A DNA stretch of 64,000 nt. Origin: Macrostomum hystrix (lineage: Eukaryota; Animalia; Platyhelminthes). The notes under the pieces are model-generated. The model worked only from the letters and a program-made list of their open reading frames with translations, was not told the origin of the DNA and searched no databases. The stretch lies in NCBI GenBank assembly GCA_950097015.1, contig CATNEN010000002.1, forward strand, positions 3,534,001 through 3,598,000. The letters are read 5' to 3'. How positions within the stretch are numbered: the first letter of the stretch is position 1; every line of letters starts with the position of its first letter. Positions 47,101 through 55,773 of this stretch are shown here, in pieces. Made by a program: the position numbers and the translations under genes.

Positions 47101-47326
47101 AGGTCAGCAGGAGGCAGTGTCAATCGACCGCCTGAAGCCGCTCCGTACCGCCGCTGCCACACCTCGTCCAAAGCCACCCGACCAAGCTCAACCGTCCAAG
47201 GATCGGGCGCAGAGCGACATCGCATTGCCACCACGGACGACTCCGGTGGCGGCGAGAGCACCAAGGACTACCAGGAGTGGCCGGCACGTGCGCTTCAAAA
47301 ACAACAATGATTACCTATATTTTTAA
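44096..47326 (+). CDS. Gypsy pol (-1 frame), intact
   Basis: VDTGA, YIDDLL, TDAS, H..H/C..C, DRG.QF and TNGKIER; slippery G GGA AAC at 44096-44102 in the gag frame. Confidence 0.95.
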   Translation, partial: GKQDGAAHHAAVSSVEPGSAARKNFLVVDLTFSNRCLSFLVDTGAAVSIIPTKYLHQALQATGYRLTTATGESIPVSGEITLTIAIRGLRRSFKWTFLVATVIQPILGYDFLSQFGLLVDCKARQLVDPETNLHTQTLPVASLQLDTFAISLAYPEHCDARVQQLIDRFKDTFSYVEGGRLPKAEEVGHDTKHHIITYEHPPVHAKARQLHPEKLAIAKDEFQQLIDAGYLRPSASNWASPLHMVPKKDNGVPNGKWRPCGDYRQLNKLTKPDNYPIPHIQCFTRSLHGARVFSKLDLVRAYHQIPIAEEDIPKTAIITPFGLYEWTRMPFGLRNAAQTFQRFIDSVLRGLPFAVAYIDDLLVASPSEEEHLQHMEAVLQRLAQHGLKAQLNKCAFMQREVTFLGHQVSAEGIRPLASKVDTIRQWPAPKDPHALRRFLGVIGFYRRFVPQFAEIATPLQDLVTTTLQSPRSYRWDPAHQQAFDKLKATLAERLLLQHPDPKCDSYSLVTDASSSSVGAALHQSTDATTTPIGLFSKKLSAAQQKYSAFDRELLAVYLAVLHFRSLIEGRKVTVFTDHKPLAQAFRSSNTGTSDRNQRYLSVIAEYVVDITYIRGSDNIIADALSRLDEGTTPVNSVLPTTPIDIPAIAECQAKEQLQPSEGCRPFPVNGQRTILCETSSSYPRPVIPESMRRATLQHFHDIGHFGFRKTARLITSRYFWPNMRADIKDYCRACQTCQRNKVSRHTISGTSAFDLPSNRFETVHIDIVGPLPVPERKHDVSCGLTPRYLLTMIDRGTSWIEATPIESITAQSVASAFLASWISRFGVPLYVVTDRGAQFEADLFNILATSVGFYRLRTTAYHPQTNGKIERAHRTLKHILKAHGQEWLDNLPLALLAMHINPDEDGVSPFTRLTGEHPMLPRVLATEDVDPNDLRLRMDDITDDGARPSPSTAKRYIPADLWTAEKVWVRVDRVRKPLEAPYQGPYPVIRRTAKFFILELHPGQQEAVSIDRLKPLRTAAATPRPKPPDQAQPSKDRAQSDIALPPRTTPVAARAPRTTRSGRHVRFKNNNDYLYF

Positions 47327-48709
47327 TGTCGAATATTTAATTTTTTTCATAACTCTACCCTATCATACGGTACGTTAAGCCCCGCCAACGCATTATTTTA
47401 GGAGACTCCGTCTCCCGCAGGGGGGACTATTGTAACATTGCAGTGTACCGTATTGTCTAAATTAGGTAATCTTCGAGAATATTCTAAGTCAAATCCTTCT
47501 ATAATTTTCTCAGAATTTCTAGAAGTTCTCAAAAGTAAATGTTATATTTCTATTAATCAGCTTGCAGTTAATTATAAGACTTAGATAATACTTTATCGTC
47601 ACATATTTCGTACTATAGTTATTTCCGAATATTAACTTTGTTATAATGCAATAAAACATTCTAGAATATTCCGTTGGACACTATAAATATAAGTAGCCAA
47701 GGAGTGCAATCTCCAACCTTCCTCAAGCTCTCGGTCATACGATCGACAACCAACCGAAAAGAACCACCGCCTTTGTTCTCTGATTCATTACGAAAACGTT
47801 ACAGGCTCAGCTTTTCAGAATCAAAATAGTAAATTTTTTATGTTTCAGTGGTAATGAATATGTACTAGGGCTTTTACTTCTTTTTACCTAATTCTACTGA
47901 ATGCCACCAAAGTTGTTCTTGGGCTATTTTAATAATTCCACTGCTGTTGACTCAACTAATAGATAATTTTAAATGGCGGTCCTTAAATGGGCCGTTTTAA
48001 CTTCTCAAATGGTAGCGTTTATATATGCACGAGCGGTAACTAGGCAACTGTACACGTTTCCAGTCAATTAGGCGTCCCCGAGATTAGAGTTTAGCAGTTT
48101 CTCTTCTGTAATATTCTTAGTATAATTCCTGAGTATAATTCTGATTATATCTCTCACTGCTATTTCTTCTTTAAAATGAATAACACAATGCAATACCTTC
48201 GGAAATTTGCTTTTTAACACACTTAAAAACTCTTTTTACAAACACACTAAAACTGCTTTAATTTTAACTCTTTACACACTTCAAATTATCTCACTTTAAA
48301 CTCACTCTTTAAACTCTTGAAAACACCTTAGAACACTTGCCTTTAACTTCAACTTCTTACAAGAAAACTTCGGAGACACTTTAGACTCTTTAACACTTTT
48401 GTTTGCCCTTTTTATTTTTCCTGGTCAAAACTCGCGGCTATTTATACAGAGCAAATTGACATTTTGTTGAAACGATAATATTTTACAAAGTATTATTTAC
48501 AGGATACAGTATTAAAACAAAATCATTTACATAAGCATTACTTTCAATACGGTACAAAGATAAACAAAAATCTTTTTTTTTGGCGCATTTTTTATTTTAT
48601 TTATTTTTACAATTTTTATAATAGCAAGAACGTATTTATAAAGTGGCTAACTGTTACAACTTCCCTCTCTAAAGAGAAATTTGAATAAAACAAATAAGTG
48701 AAAATTTTT

Positions 48710-49393
48710 CTAAAAATTATAGTTGTGCGGTAAGTCCTTGAAATATGGGAAATTCACTTGATTAAACAACCAACGGAATTCGATAGTTACTAGCCGATGC
48801 TGAAAGGTCCTGTTGTCGGTCTGCCGCAGGCGCTGAAGCTCCCCTCCAATTGCGGCGTAGATGGTTACCACTTCCGGCTGTGACATCAGTTCCTTAAGCG
48901 CTCGGACCGCCGCCCACACTTGCGCTCGCTGTGGCAAGGCCTCGTCTAACTTTAGGTAGGCGACCCTTGTGAGGTAGCGGAGTATGGCAAAACGGAGCCG
49001 TTCCGCGTGTTCTCCGTATTTTACCATCAGTTCCTGATAAGTCAGCTCCGGTGATGACGGTGGCGGAGGCGGCGGCGGTGGTGGCGGTGTTCCAGCAGAG
49101 GGTTGACCACGCTTCTTGTCAGCCACCGGTGTGATGAAGATCTGGCACGTACTTTTGGTGCCCGGCGTGTTTTTGGCGTGCTTCTCAATTGGCATCGCTG
49201 CCTGGGCCGCCATCAAGTTTGCTCTTCTATTGTGTAGGTCCAATTGCCGTACCTTAGTGGGTGAAGAGGTCCTCGGCCGTTTCCCTGCCACTAGCTGAGG
49301 CCTCGTTGGCTGTCGCTCCGGTGCTGATATTTCGGCGTCAAGGTCTACTTCTGGTTCCAGCGACCGCAGTAGTTCGTCGAGTTCATTATCCAT
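48710..49393 (-). CDS. Gypsy accessory ORF3 (start MDNELD; upstream ATG at 49450 possible)
   Basis: Intact; homologous to 19622-20320. Confidence 0.85.
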   Translation of the reverse strand: MDNELDELLRSLEPEVDLDAEISAPERQPTRPQLVAGKRPRTSSPTKVRQLDLHNRRANLMAAQAAMPIEKHAKNTPGTKSTCQIFITPVADKKRGQPSAGTPPPPPPPPPPSSPELTYQELMVKYGEHAERLRFAILRYLTRVAYLKLDEALPQRAQVWAAVRALKELMSQPEVVTIYAAIGGELQRLRQTDNRTFQHRLVTIEFRWLFNQVNFPYFKDLPHNYNF

Positions 49394-49449
49394 CTCTGCG
49401 CAAATTAGCTTTTCACAATTACTGCTCTTGGGTGCTGACCCTCCCTTCA

Positions 49450-49610
49450 TTATATAGGCTTTGGGGGTTGGCCAAAAGCGAAATTATCATGGAAACGGTT
49501 GTTCAGTTCTATCTCGATTGCTATTGGCTGGCGTGGAGGTGGGTTTTAGGCAGACTCACGGCTGTGTGGCGTGGGCCGGGAGAAAAGTGGCTGAGCATAG
49601 TTGAGCATAG
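49450..49610 (-). promoter_or_regulatory. Putative internal promoter for ORF3
   Basis: TATATAA at 49456-49450 and CCAAT at 49527-49523. Confidence 0.55.
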
Positions 49611-49792
49611 TGAGCATAGCAAAATTTTTCTTTTCTTCATAAAACTTTTAATATTCAACTTTAATTTTTAAGAAAAATGTTTTTGGAAAGCTGGCATCAA
49701 GACGAATACATTGGTTTTTAAATTTTTCAGATATCTTATGCGGTTCTCATTCTGTTGACTGGCGGCACTAAAAAGGGCCGATTAACTATTTT

Positions 49793-51549
49793 CTACTGTC
49801 CATTATGCATTCTCTCGTAGTTAATCGCATTATTACGTGGTCTAAGATTATATCTTGCTTCAGGAACTTGATCCTCTTCGTACTGCTCAGCTTCTTGTTC
49901 GATTGGTTCATCTTCTTCAGTTTCTTCTTGAATTTCTTCCTCAATTTCTTCTTCTATTATACTTTCGATTTCTTCTTCTTCAAATTCTTCAATATCTTCG
50001 GGTTCTCTTATTCTCCACTGTAATCTTCTTTCATCTTCTTCCTCTTCTTCCTTTTCTTCTTCTTCTTCCTCTATCACAATTTCCTCGGTTTTCTTCTCCT
50101 TGACTTTTGTTTTCTGCTTATAAATCTTCCCTCTCTTAATTTTTGGCTCTGTCTTTTCTTCTTGTTGTTCTTCTGGAATTTCTCTCTCAGAGTTCGGGAC
50201 TGGCGTGAGGTTGTTTCGATGAACCAACATTTTCTCACCTGTTCTTGTTCCTTCAATTTCCTTCTGTACTCGGAAAACTGTGTCACTTATTTGCGCTAAT
50301 ACTCGATATGCTGCGCGCTTTTTCCGATGGAATTTGTTGCTTTCATCTACATGCAATTGTGGGTTGTTGATTAGTGCTAAGCATCCCACTGGGACAATCT
50401 TAGGTTGTTTATTCTCAGCAGAGATTTCTTCTCGTTTATCTCGAATTTTTTCAACTTTTTCTGAACTATTCCTCTGACTTCTTCGAGTCGCTTCGCATGA
50501 TCAGCTACATAGCTCAGATAATCACTGTACTGCTTCGGCTTCTTAATAATGTTATCAATGGGTAAATCTGCTTCTCGGCCAAACAGTAAGTAGTGTGGAG
50601 TGAATCCAGTGGTCTGGTTCACACTTGTTCTAACAGCTACTAATGCGGCTGGGATTAGCAGATCCCAATCAGAATGATCTTTCTCTACTAGACAGGTAAT
50701 GATTGACTTGATTTGTCTATTAAATCTCTCGACAAGTCCGTTGCTTTGTGCATGATAAGGCGTTGTGCAGGTATGTTTGATTCCATACAGAGCACAGAAA
50801 GCCTGAAACTGCCTACTCACAAATGTCTTACCATTATCGGTATGTATCCACTGACACTGGCCATATTCACTAAAGATTCTCTCTTGGATCAGCTTGATGA
50901 CGGTGTCGGATTTTTGATTCCGAATCGGGAAAGCAAACGGGAACTTAGTGGTACTGTCCACAATAGTGAGTACATAGCGGTGTCCTCGTTTACTTTCTTT
51001 GGAGATTGGGCCGATAATGTCAATGTGCAGCCGGTGAAATGGTTCACAAATTGGGAACGTCTGTACCGGCGCTTGCACTTTACTGCCGACCTTACTCTCT
51101 AAACACGGAATACATTCCGAAATATACCGCTCAATAGAGGTCACCAATCCTGGTTTCCAAAACCTCTCACGAACACGCTGAATGGTTTTATCACGCCCTA
51201 GATGACCTGCGAGAGGACTGTCGTGCAATTCCTTTAGCACATCCTTCTCAATAGCCTCTGGCAAAACCACTTTCCTTTTTCCATCTTCTTCAATCACCAA
51301 CATTTCATCTTCGATTCTCATGTGTTCATAAAACTTCGCCATTTTCTTCAATTCTTTACTCGCGCTCTCATGTACTTTTGGCTCTCGGACATCTTGTTCC
51401 TTCCAATCTATCAGTGTCCTTATAGAGGGATCTTCATGTTGAGCTGTTGTCAACTGTTCCTTCTTTAACGGAACATTGAGATAGTCGGTCAGAAGTTTCC
51501 GACACACGGTCTTATTATGTAATTCTTCCTCAAAATAGTCTCTGGCATC
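49793..51549 (-). pseudogene. Gypsy pol 3' part (integrase and acidic tail)
   Basis: HDSPLAGHLG, C..C, DNG..F and SNGLVER. In frame with the upstream pol once the LINE is removed; one frameshift near 50450. Confidence 0.9.
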
Positions 51550-51602
51550 CATTCCATTTCAGGCTTTCACCCTCGTAGAGGGTATGCCTCACCCCATGTC
51601 GC

Positions 51603-54600
51603 TCATGGATCTTCGTTGTCGCACTTCTTGCGGTGTCTCGCCATGTTGGTTGCCGCCAGAACTCGCTTGCATCCTGGGCACTCTTTCCACTTTTGTTTGT
51701 AGACCCTCGCTGTTCCGGTGATGTTTCGTTCTGTCGTTTCGGCGCTCTTGCAGCTTCGCCTGTGTCTGGCGAGGTTCTTCCGATGCACTTTTGCTCCGCA
51801 CTTTCCACAAGTTCTCATTTCTCCTTCGCTGCTGTCCACTCCCTTGCATGCTTTTCTGTGATTGTTGAGGGTATTCTCACTCTTGAAGGTTGAATTGCAT
51901 CTCTCGCATCTGAAAACGACCACTTGTTCCCGGTGCATTCTCTTCGCATGGATTGCTAGCCCGCCGCGGGATTTGCAGATTTTTCCGCAGCCTGGCCATT
52001 CGCATACGTTTTCTTTCTTTGTCATCATAGCATTTCTTTGAAACGTAGTTTCCTTGTTGTACTTGTTGCCTTTCCTTCTTTCGAACTCCTCCAGGTGTTG
52101 CATTCTTCTGGTGATGGTTTCTTTCCACTTCTTTCTGTCTTTCGTTTCCGTTGTTATTCGAGTCCAGTCGATGGCAGCCTCGCTGAGCAGTTTCTTCCAA
52201 TAAAACAGAGTCTTCTTTTTCTTGCCTCTGCTCTTCCTCGTTCTCTCCAGGTCTTTAAGCCATCCTAGCGCTGCTACTTTTGTCATTCTATTGTTGTCCA
52301 TTCTCATCACATGGCCGATTCTTTCCAAGGTTCTCTTTTCGATTTTCCATCGGATGGATCTAACCCCCAGCTCGTTGCGTACGTCCTGCATGTTCTTGCC
52401 TTCTTTTTCCATTTGCTTCAGAGGAGGTTCGTGTCTGTTACTCCAGATGGATCGGTAGCACTTGTCGATCCAGTTTTGTAGCTCGCGTATTTCCTTGACA
52501 GCCCATGGTCTTGTGTTGCAATCGAACAGTAAACCGCTCTCTACGCAAGCTTCCACGATCTTTGCTTGTTTTTTCTTTCCGATGCGACTCTTATATAGCT
52601 GAGGTCTGACTCTTCCCCAGAGGCCGCCTGCTCGGCGTTTGCGGTTTCTTGTGTCGTGTTTCGTTCCGATCCAGCATCCTAGGAAACGGGTTGCTTCTTG
52701 ATCTGTTCTTCCAAAGACTACTCTTTCCTCTTTGTCGTCGTTACTGTGTTCTTCGAAATTGTTCATGATGGATTTCACCGTCAAGACGCCTCTCTGAATC
52801 TCTTTTGTCTGGCCTATGATCGTGGTGTCGTCGGCAAAGAGTAACGATGTGGTGGTTACTTCGGCCAGTTCGCTGTTGTTGGCGTTTCTGGATTTGTCGC
52901 CTGGCAGGCCACCATCCGGGATCCATTGCCATTTGATGCCTTCCACTTGTTGGTGTTCCTGGGCTGCAGTTTTCCTTGCTTCTTCAGCCTGTTGTATCAC
53001 TACTTGGTGGTAGATGTTGAACAGCACCGGGGAGGTCGGGCACCCCTCCCGTAGTCCTCGTTCCGGGTACCAGCTCTGGCTATCTCCCTCCTTCCCGCGT
53101 ATGCAGTAGCTCGTCGTCTCATGCAAGTTGATGGTTGTTTGCAGGAAATTGCCTTTGAGTCCTAGGCGGTCGAGCATCCTCCATAGCGCAGGTTTGTTCA
53201 CGCGTGGATAAGCTTTCTTTAGATCTAGGAGTCTGGCTTCTGGGTCCGAGTCCATTTCGGTTTGGAGTCCCATAAGGTCCCTCCGCTTTCGTAGGTCTTC
53301 CATGTCTTCTTGTATTCGAACCATAATCTGGGTTGCATCGGCTGTGGACCTAATCTGTCGGAAGCCGTTTTGGTTCTCACTGATTATGTTCAGTCTCTCC
53401 GTCCATGTTTGTAAGCGTTTCGCGAGCACTCTTGCCAGGATGCGGCTGCCCATCGCTAGTAGGCATACTCCTCTGTAATTGTTTGGGTTGTTCCTGTCAC
53501 CCTTTTTGTGAAGAGGAATGATTTGTCCTGTCTTGAGAGTTTCGTCCCATTTGGCTGCGTTGCTCTCAAACATTTGTTGTACCATGCCGATTATCTCTTT
53601 CTTGATGTTCTCGTCTGCTTCGTTGATGTAACACATCCTGACTCCATCCTTCCCTGGTGCTGATTCCTTCACTTCTCTCATCGCTTGGCGAATTTCCTCC
53701 TCGGCTGGTCGTCTGTTCATGTCTATGTTTGCCTGAATTGCTTCCTTGTCTTGTCTTAGGTCTTGCATTCTATCCACTTCTCTGAAGATTTCCTCACGTT
53801 GTAATTCGAAACGTTCTTGGGAGACTTTCTCGAAATGTTCCTTGAACTCGTTGGTTGTGATCGTTGATCCTGTGTTGGGTTTGCTCGTTCTCTGTCCGAG
53901 TTTCCTCAACGCTTGGTGCATCCGGCGGAGGTCCCCTCGGTTGCTCGCTTCGACGCTCTCTTCTATGATTTCTTCCCACCAATTTTCTTCGAGTTCTTTA
54001 AGTTTTCTTTTCATGCTTTTCCGTGCTTCTCGCAGGTTCACTGAGGCGACTTGCAGTTCCCTTCTCAGGTTCCGTTTTGATCTCTCAGATTCTGTTTCGT
54101 TCAAGACTGTTAATATTCTGTTCCTTTCTTGGACTCTTGTGTTGATTGTGTCATGTAGATGTTTCAGCTCAGTCTCGTGTCCGATTGTCCATGGGTTGGC
54201 GACCGTCTTCTTTCTCGTGCCGCAGATTTCTCTTGCTGAATCGGTGAGTATCTTCGATACTTCTTCCAATTTCCCGAGCTTCTCGTTGTCGTCGCTTCTG
54301 TTTTTGTTTGTTTCAAGAATTTTTGTTAGTTTTTCTTTGGTTTTGGTGCGGAAACTCCGCTTGTTTTCCTCATTCCTTAGGTTCTCCCAGTTGATTTGGG
54401 GTAGCCGGGTGCATTCTCTTTTTCGCCATTTCTTCTTCCTTCCTCTCAGATTGATCGAGACCGGTTTATGGTCTGACAGTGCCATTTCTTCCGTTGTGTA
54501 GATTTTCTCAACCTGTCTGTGTCTGTCTCTTTTCCTGAGGATGAAACCGTCCAGTTCATACCATCTGCCTGTGCTCTTGTTGAACCATGTACCTCTCCTT

Positions 54601-55274
54601 TTGTGTGGTGAGAAGGTATTGGCTAGCTGCAAATCTTGCGTGGTGCACCACTCGATGATGTCATCTCCCGCTCTGTTGGTCTGTGTTTCGAGGCCGTATT
54701 TCCCTGTTGCCTCGGTGACAGTCTCCCTGCCTACATGGGCGTTATGGTCTCCGCCTATGATGAGGATGTGGTCTTTCGGACAACGGGAGATTTCTCTCTC
54801 TAGTTCTTGTCGGTACTCCTCTCTCGTCTCTGGGCCGTAGTCCCACAGCGGTTGGTAGGTGGCGATTAGGTGGTAGTTAGCAACCTTGACAGCTGTGACT
54901 CTTTCTCCTAGCGACTTTTGCTGTTTCTCTTCGATCCATTTCTGCAGTGTTTTCCCTCTTAGCAATATTCCTGATCTCTTAGAGTGCACTAGGACAATCT
55001 GGTCATCGTTTTCTTCGTCCTCGAGCCAGATGGTGCCGGCTTCCTCCGCTCTGATTTCCGAGATAAGAACTATTTCCCATCCTTTGCTTTGGATGTACTT
55101 GATGGTCCTTCTCAGTCTCGCTCTGTTGTTTTCTCTGACCGATATGCCTTGTAGATTCCAAGTTGTTACTACGAAAACGTTTTTCTTTTCTGTTTCCTGC
55201 TCATTCTTCGTTCGTCCTTTTTCTTTGTTTTTCTCTCTTTTTCTTTCTTTACTTTTTTGTGCGTTTTGTTTTTT
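51603..55274 (-). CDS. LINE APE-RT-zinc-finger ORF
   Basis: TWNLQG, GGDHNAH and SDHKPV (APE); DLKKAY, GLREGCPTSPVLF and LFADD (RT); C-terminal Cys/His fingers. The frame is open from 55457, upstream of the track's GTG start. Confidence 0.93.
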   Translation of the reverse strand, partial: KKQNAQKSKERKREKNKEKGRTKNEQETEKKNVFVVTTWNLQGISVRENNRARLRRTIKYIQSKGWEIVLISEIRAEEAGTIWLEDEENDDQIVLVHSKRSGILLRGKTLQKWIEEKQQKSLGERVTAVKVANYHLIATYQPLWDYGPETREEYRQELEREISRCPKDHILIIGGDHNAHVGRETVTEATGKYGLETQTNRAGDDIIEWCTTQDLQLANTFSPHKRRGTWFNKSTGRWYELDGFILRKRDRHRQVEKIYTTEEMALSDHKPVSINLRGRKKKWRKRECTRLPQINWENLRNEENKRSFRTKTKEKLTKILETNKNRSDDNEKLGKLEEVSKILTDSAREICGTRKKTVANPWTIGHETELKHLHDTINTRVQERNRILTVLNETESERSKRNLRRELQVASVNLREARKSMKRKLKELEENWWEEIIEESVEASNRGDLRRMHQALRKLGQRTSKPNTGSTITTNEFKEHFEKVSQERFELQREEIFREVDRMQDLRQDKEAIQANIDMNRRPAEEEIRQAMREVKESAPGKDGVRMCYINEADENIKKEIIGMVQQMFESNAAKWDETLKTGQIIPLHKKGDRNNPNNYRGVCLLAMGSRILARVLAKRLQTWTERLNIISENQNGFRQIRSTADATQIMVRIQEDMEDLRKRRDLMGLQTEMDSDPEARLLDLKKAYPRVNKPALWRMLDRLGLKGNFLQTTINLHETTSYCIRGKEGDSQSWYPERGLREGCPTSPVLFNIYHQVVIQQAEEARKTAAQEHQQVEGIKWQWIPDGGLPGDKSRNANNSELAEVTTTSLLFADDTTIIGQTKEIQRGVLTVKSIMNNFEEHSNDDKEERVVFGRTDQEATRFLGCWIGTKHDTRNRKRRAGGLWGRVRPQLYKSRIGKKKQAKIVEACVESGLLFDCNTRPWAVKEIRELQNWIDKCYRSIWSNRHEPPLKQMEKEGKNMQDVRNELGVRSIRWKIEKRTLERIGHVMRMDNNRMTKVAALGWLKDLERTRKSRGKKKKTLFYWKKLLSEAAIDWTRITTETKDRKKWKETITRRMQHLEEFERRKGNKYNKETTFQRNAMMTKKENVCEWPGCGKICKSRGGLAIHAKRMHREQVVVFRCERCNSTFKSENTLNNHRKACKGVDSSEGEMRTCGKCGAKVHRKNLARHRRSCKSAETTERNITGTARVYKQKWKECPGCKRVLAATNMARHRKKCDNEDP

Positions 55275-55555
55275 TCTCTTCTCCTTTTTGTTCTCTGATC
55301 TCTGTTCTTTTCTCTCTTTTTGTTCTTCCGTTCTATTCTTGCTTTCTTCTGCTCTGGTGTTCTCTTCTTCCGTTTGGATCTCCTCTTCTTGCTCTTCCCA
55401 CTTTCCGCGCCTTGTTCCGTGCTGGCTGCAGCTGGCCCGGGATTCGGGTGGATGGTCTCAAGCTGCTTCTTTACTATTTCCACTTTGTGCCTTCGGGTCG
55501 TGTTCTTCTCGATCTTCTTCTCGTTGCGACTTCCTTCGATCCTTGGCGGGCTCAT
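55169..55555 (-). CDS. LINE leader ORF with 2A-like NPGP motif and K/R-rich tract
   Basis: MSPPRIEG...KKQLETIHPNPGP, then a basic tract; the APE-RT ORF is in the -1 frame relative to it. Confidence 0.6.
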   Translation of the reverse strand: MSPPRIEGSRNEKKIEKNTTRRHKVEIVKKQLETIHPNPGPAAASTEQGAESGKSKKRRSKRKKRTPEQKKARIERKNKKREKNRDQRTKRRREKNKTHKKVKKEKERKTKKKDERRMSRKQKRKTFS

Positions 55556-55684
55556 GGGGGCCCTCGCCTGGTGGTTGTTTTCAGAGGTGCTCAGGTTGGC
55601 TAGGCCGTTGCCGCTCTGTTGTCCGGGAGGAGGTGGCGGGTGCGAGTCGGACGAGTCGCACCCCACTCCTATTCCCCCGGCCGT

Positions 55685-55773
55685 GTGGAGAGATTTTGCC
55701 GCACTGTCGCGCTGTCGCGTGGCGTGCGTTTCCCGCTTGCACCGCTTGGAGGTGCCCTCCACTTTCTGCAAGC
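55685..55773 (-). ncRNA. HDV-like self-cleaving ribozyme at the LINE 5' end
   Basis: P1 GCUUGC/GCAAGC, P2 GUGGAGGG/CUCUCCAC, P3 ACC/GGU, L3 UCCAAGC, P1.1 CC/GG, then GAAA, P4 CGCAC/GUGCG, J4/2 G-C(55698)-AAA. G1 is the first base after the TSD. Confidence 0.8.

Larger units (their letters stand above)
42723..47803 (+). mobile_element. Full-length Gypsy element (gag, -1 pol)
   Basis: 373-bp LTRs at 42723-43095 and 47431-47803 (one difference seen), TSD GGCT, PPT GGGGGG at 47420-47425. Confidence 0.97.
51550..55773 (-). mobile_element. Full-length RTE-like LINE, 4224 bp
   Basis: Perfect 12-bp TSD GTCTCTGGCATC (51538-49, 55774-85), short GAAATGGAATG tail, APE-RT ORF. Confidence 0.95.
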
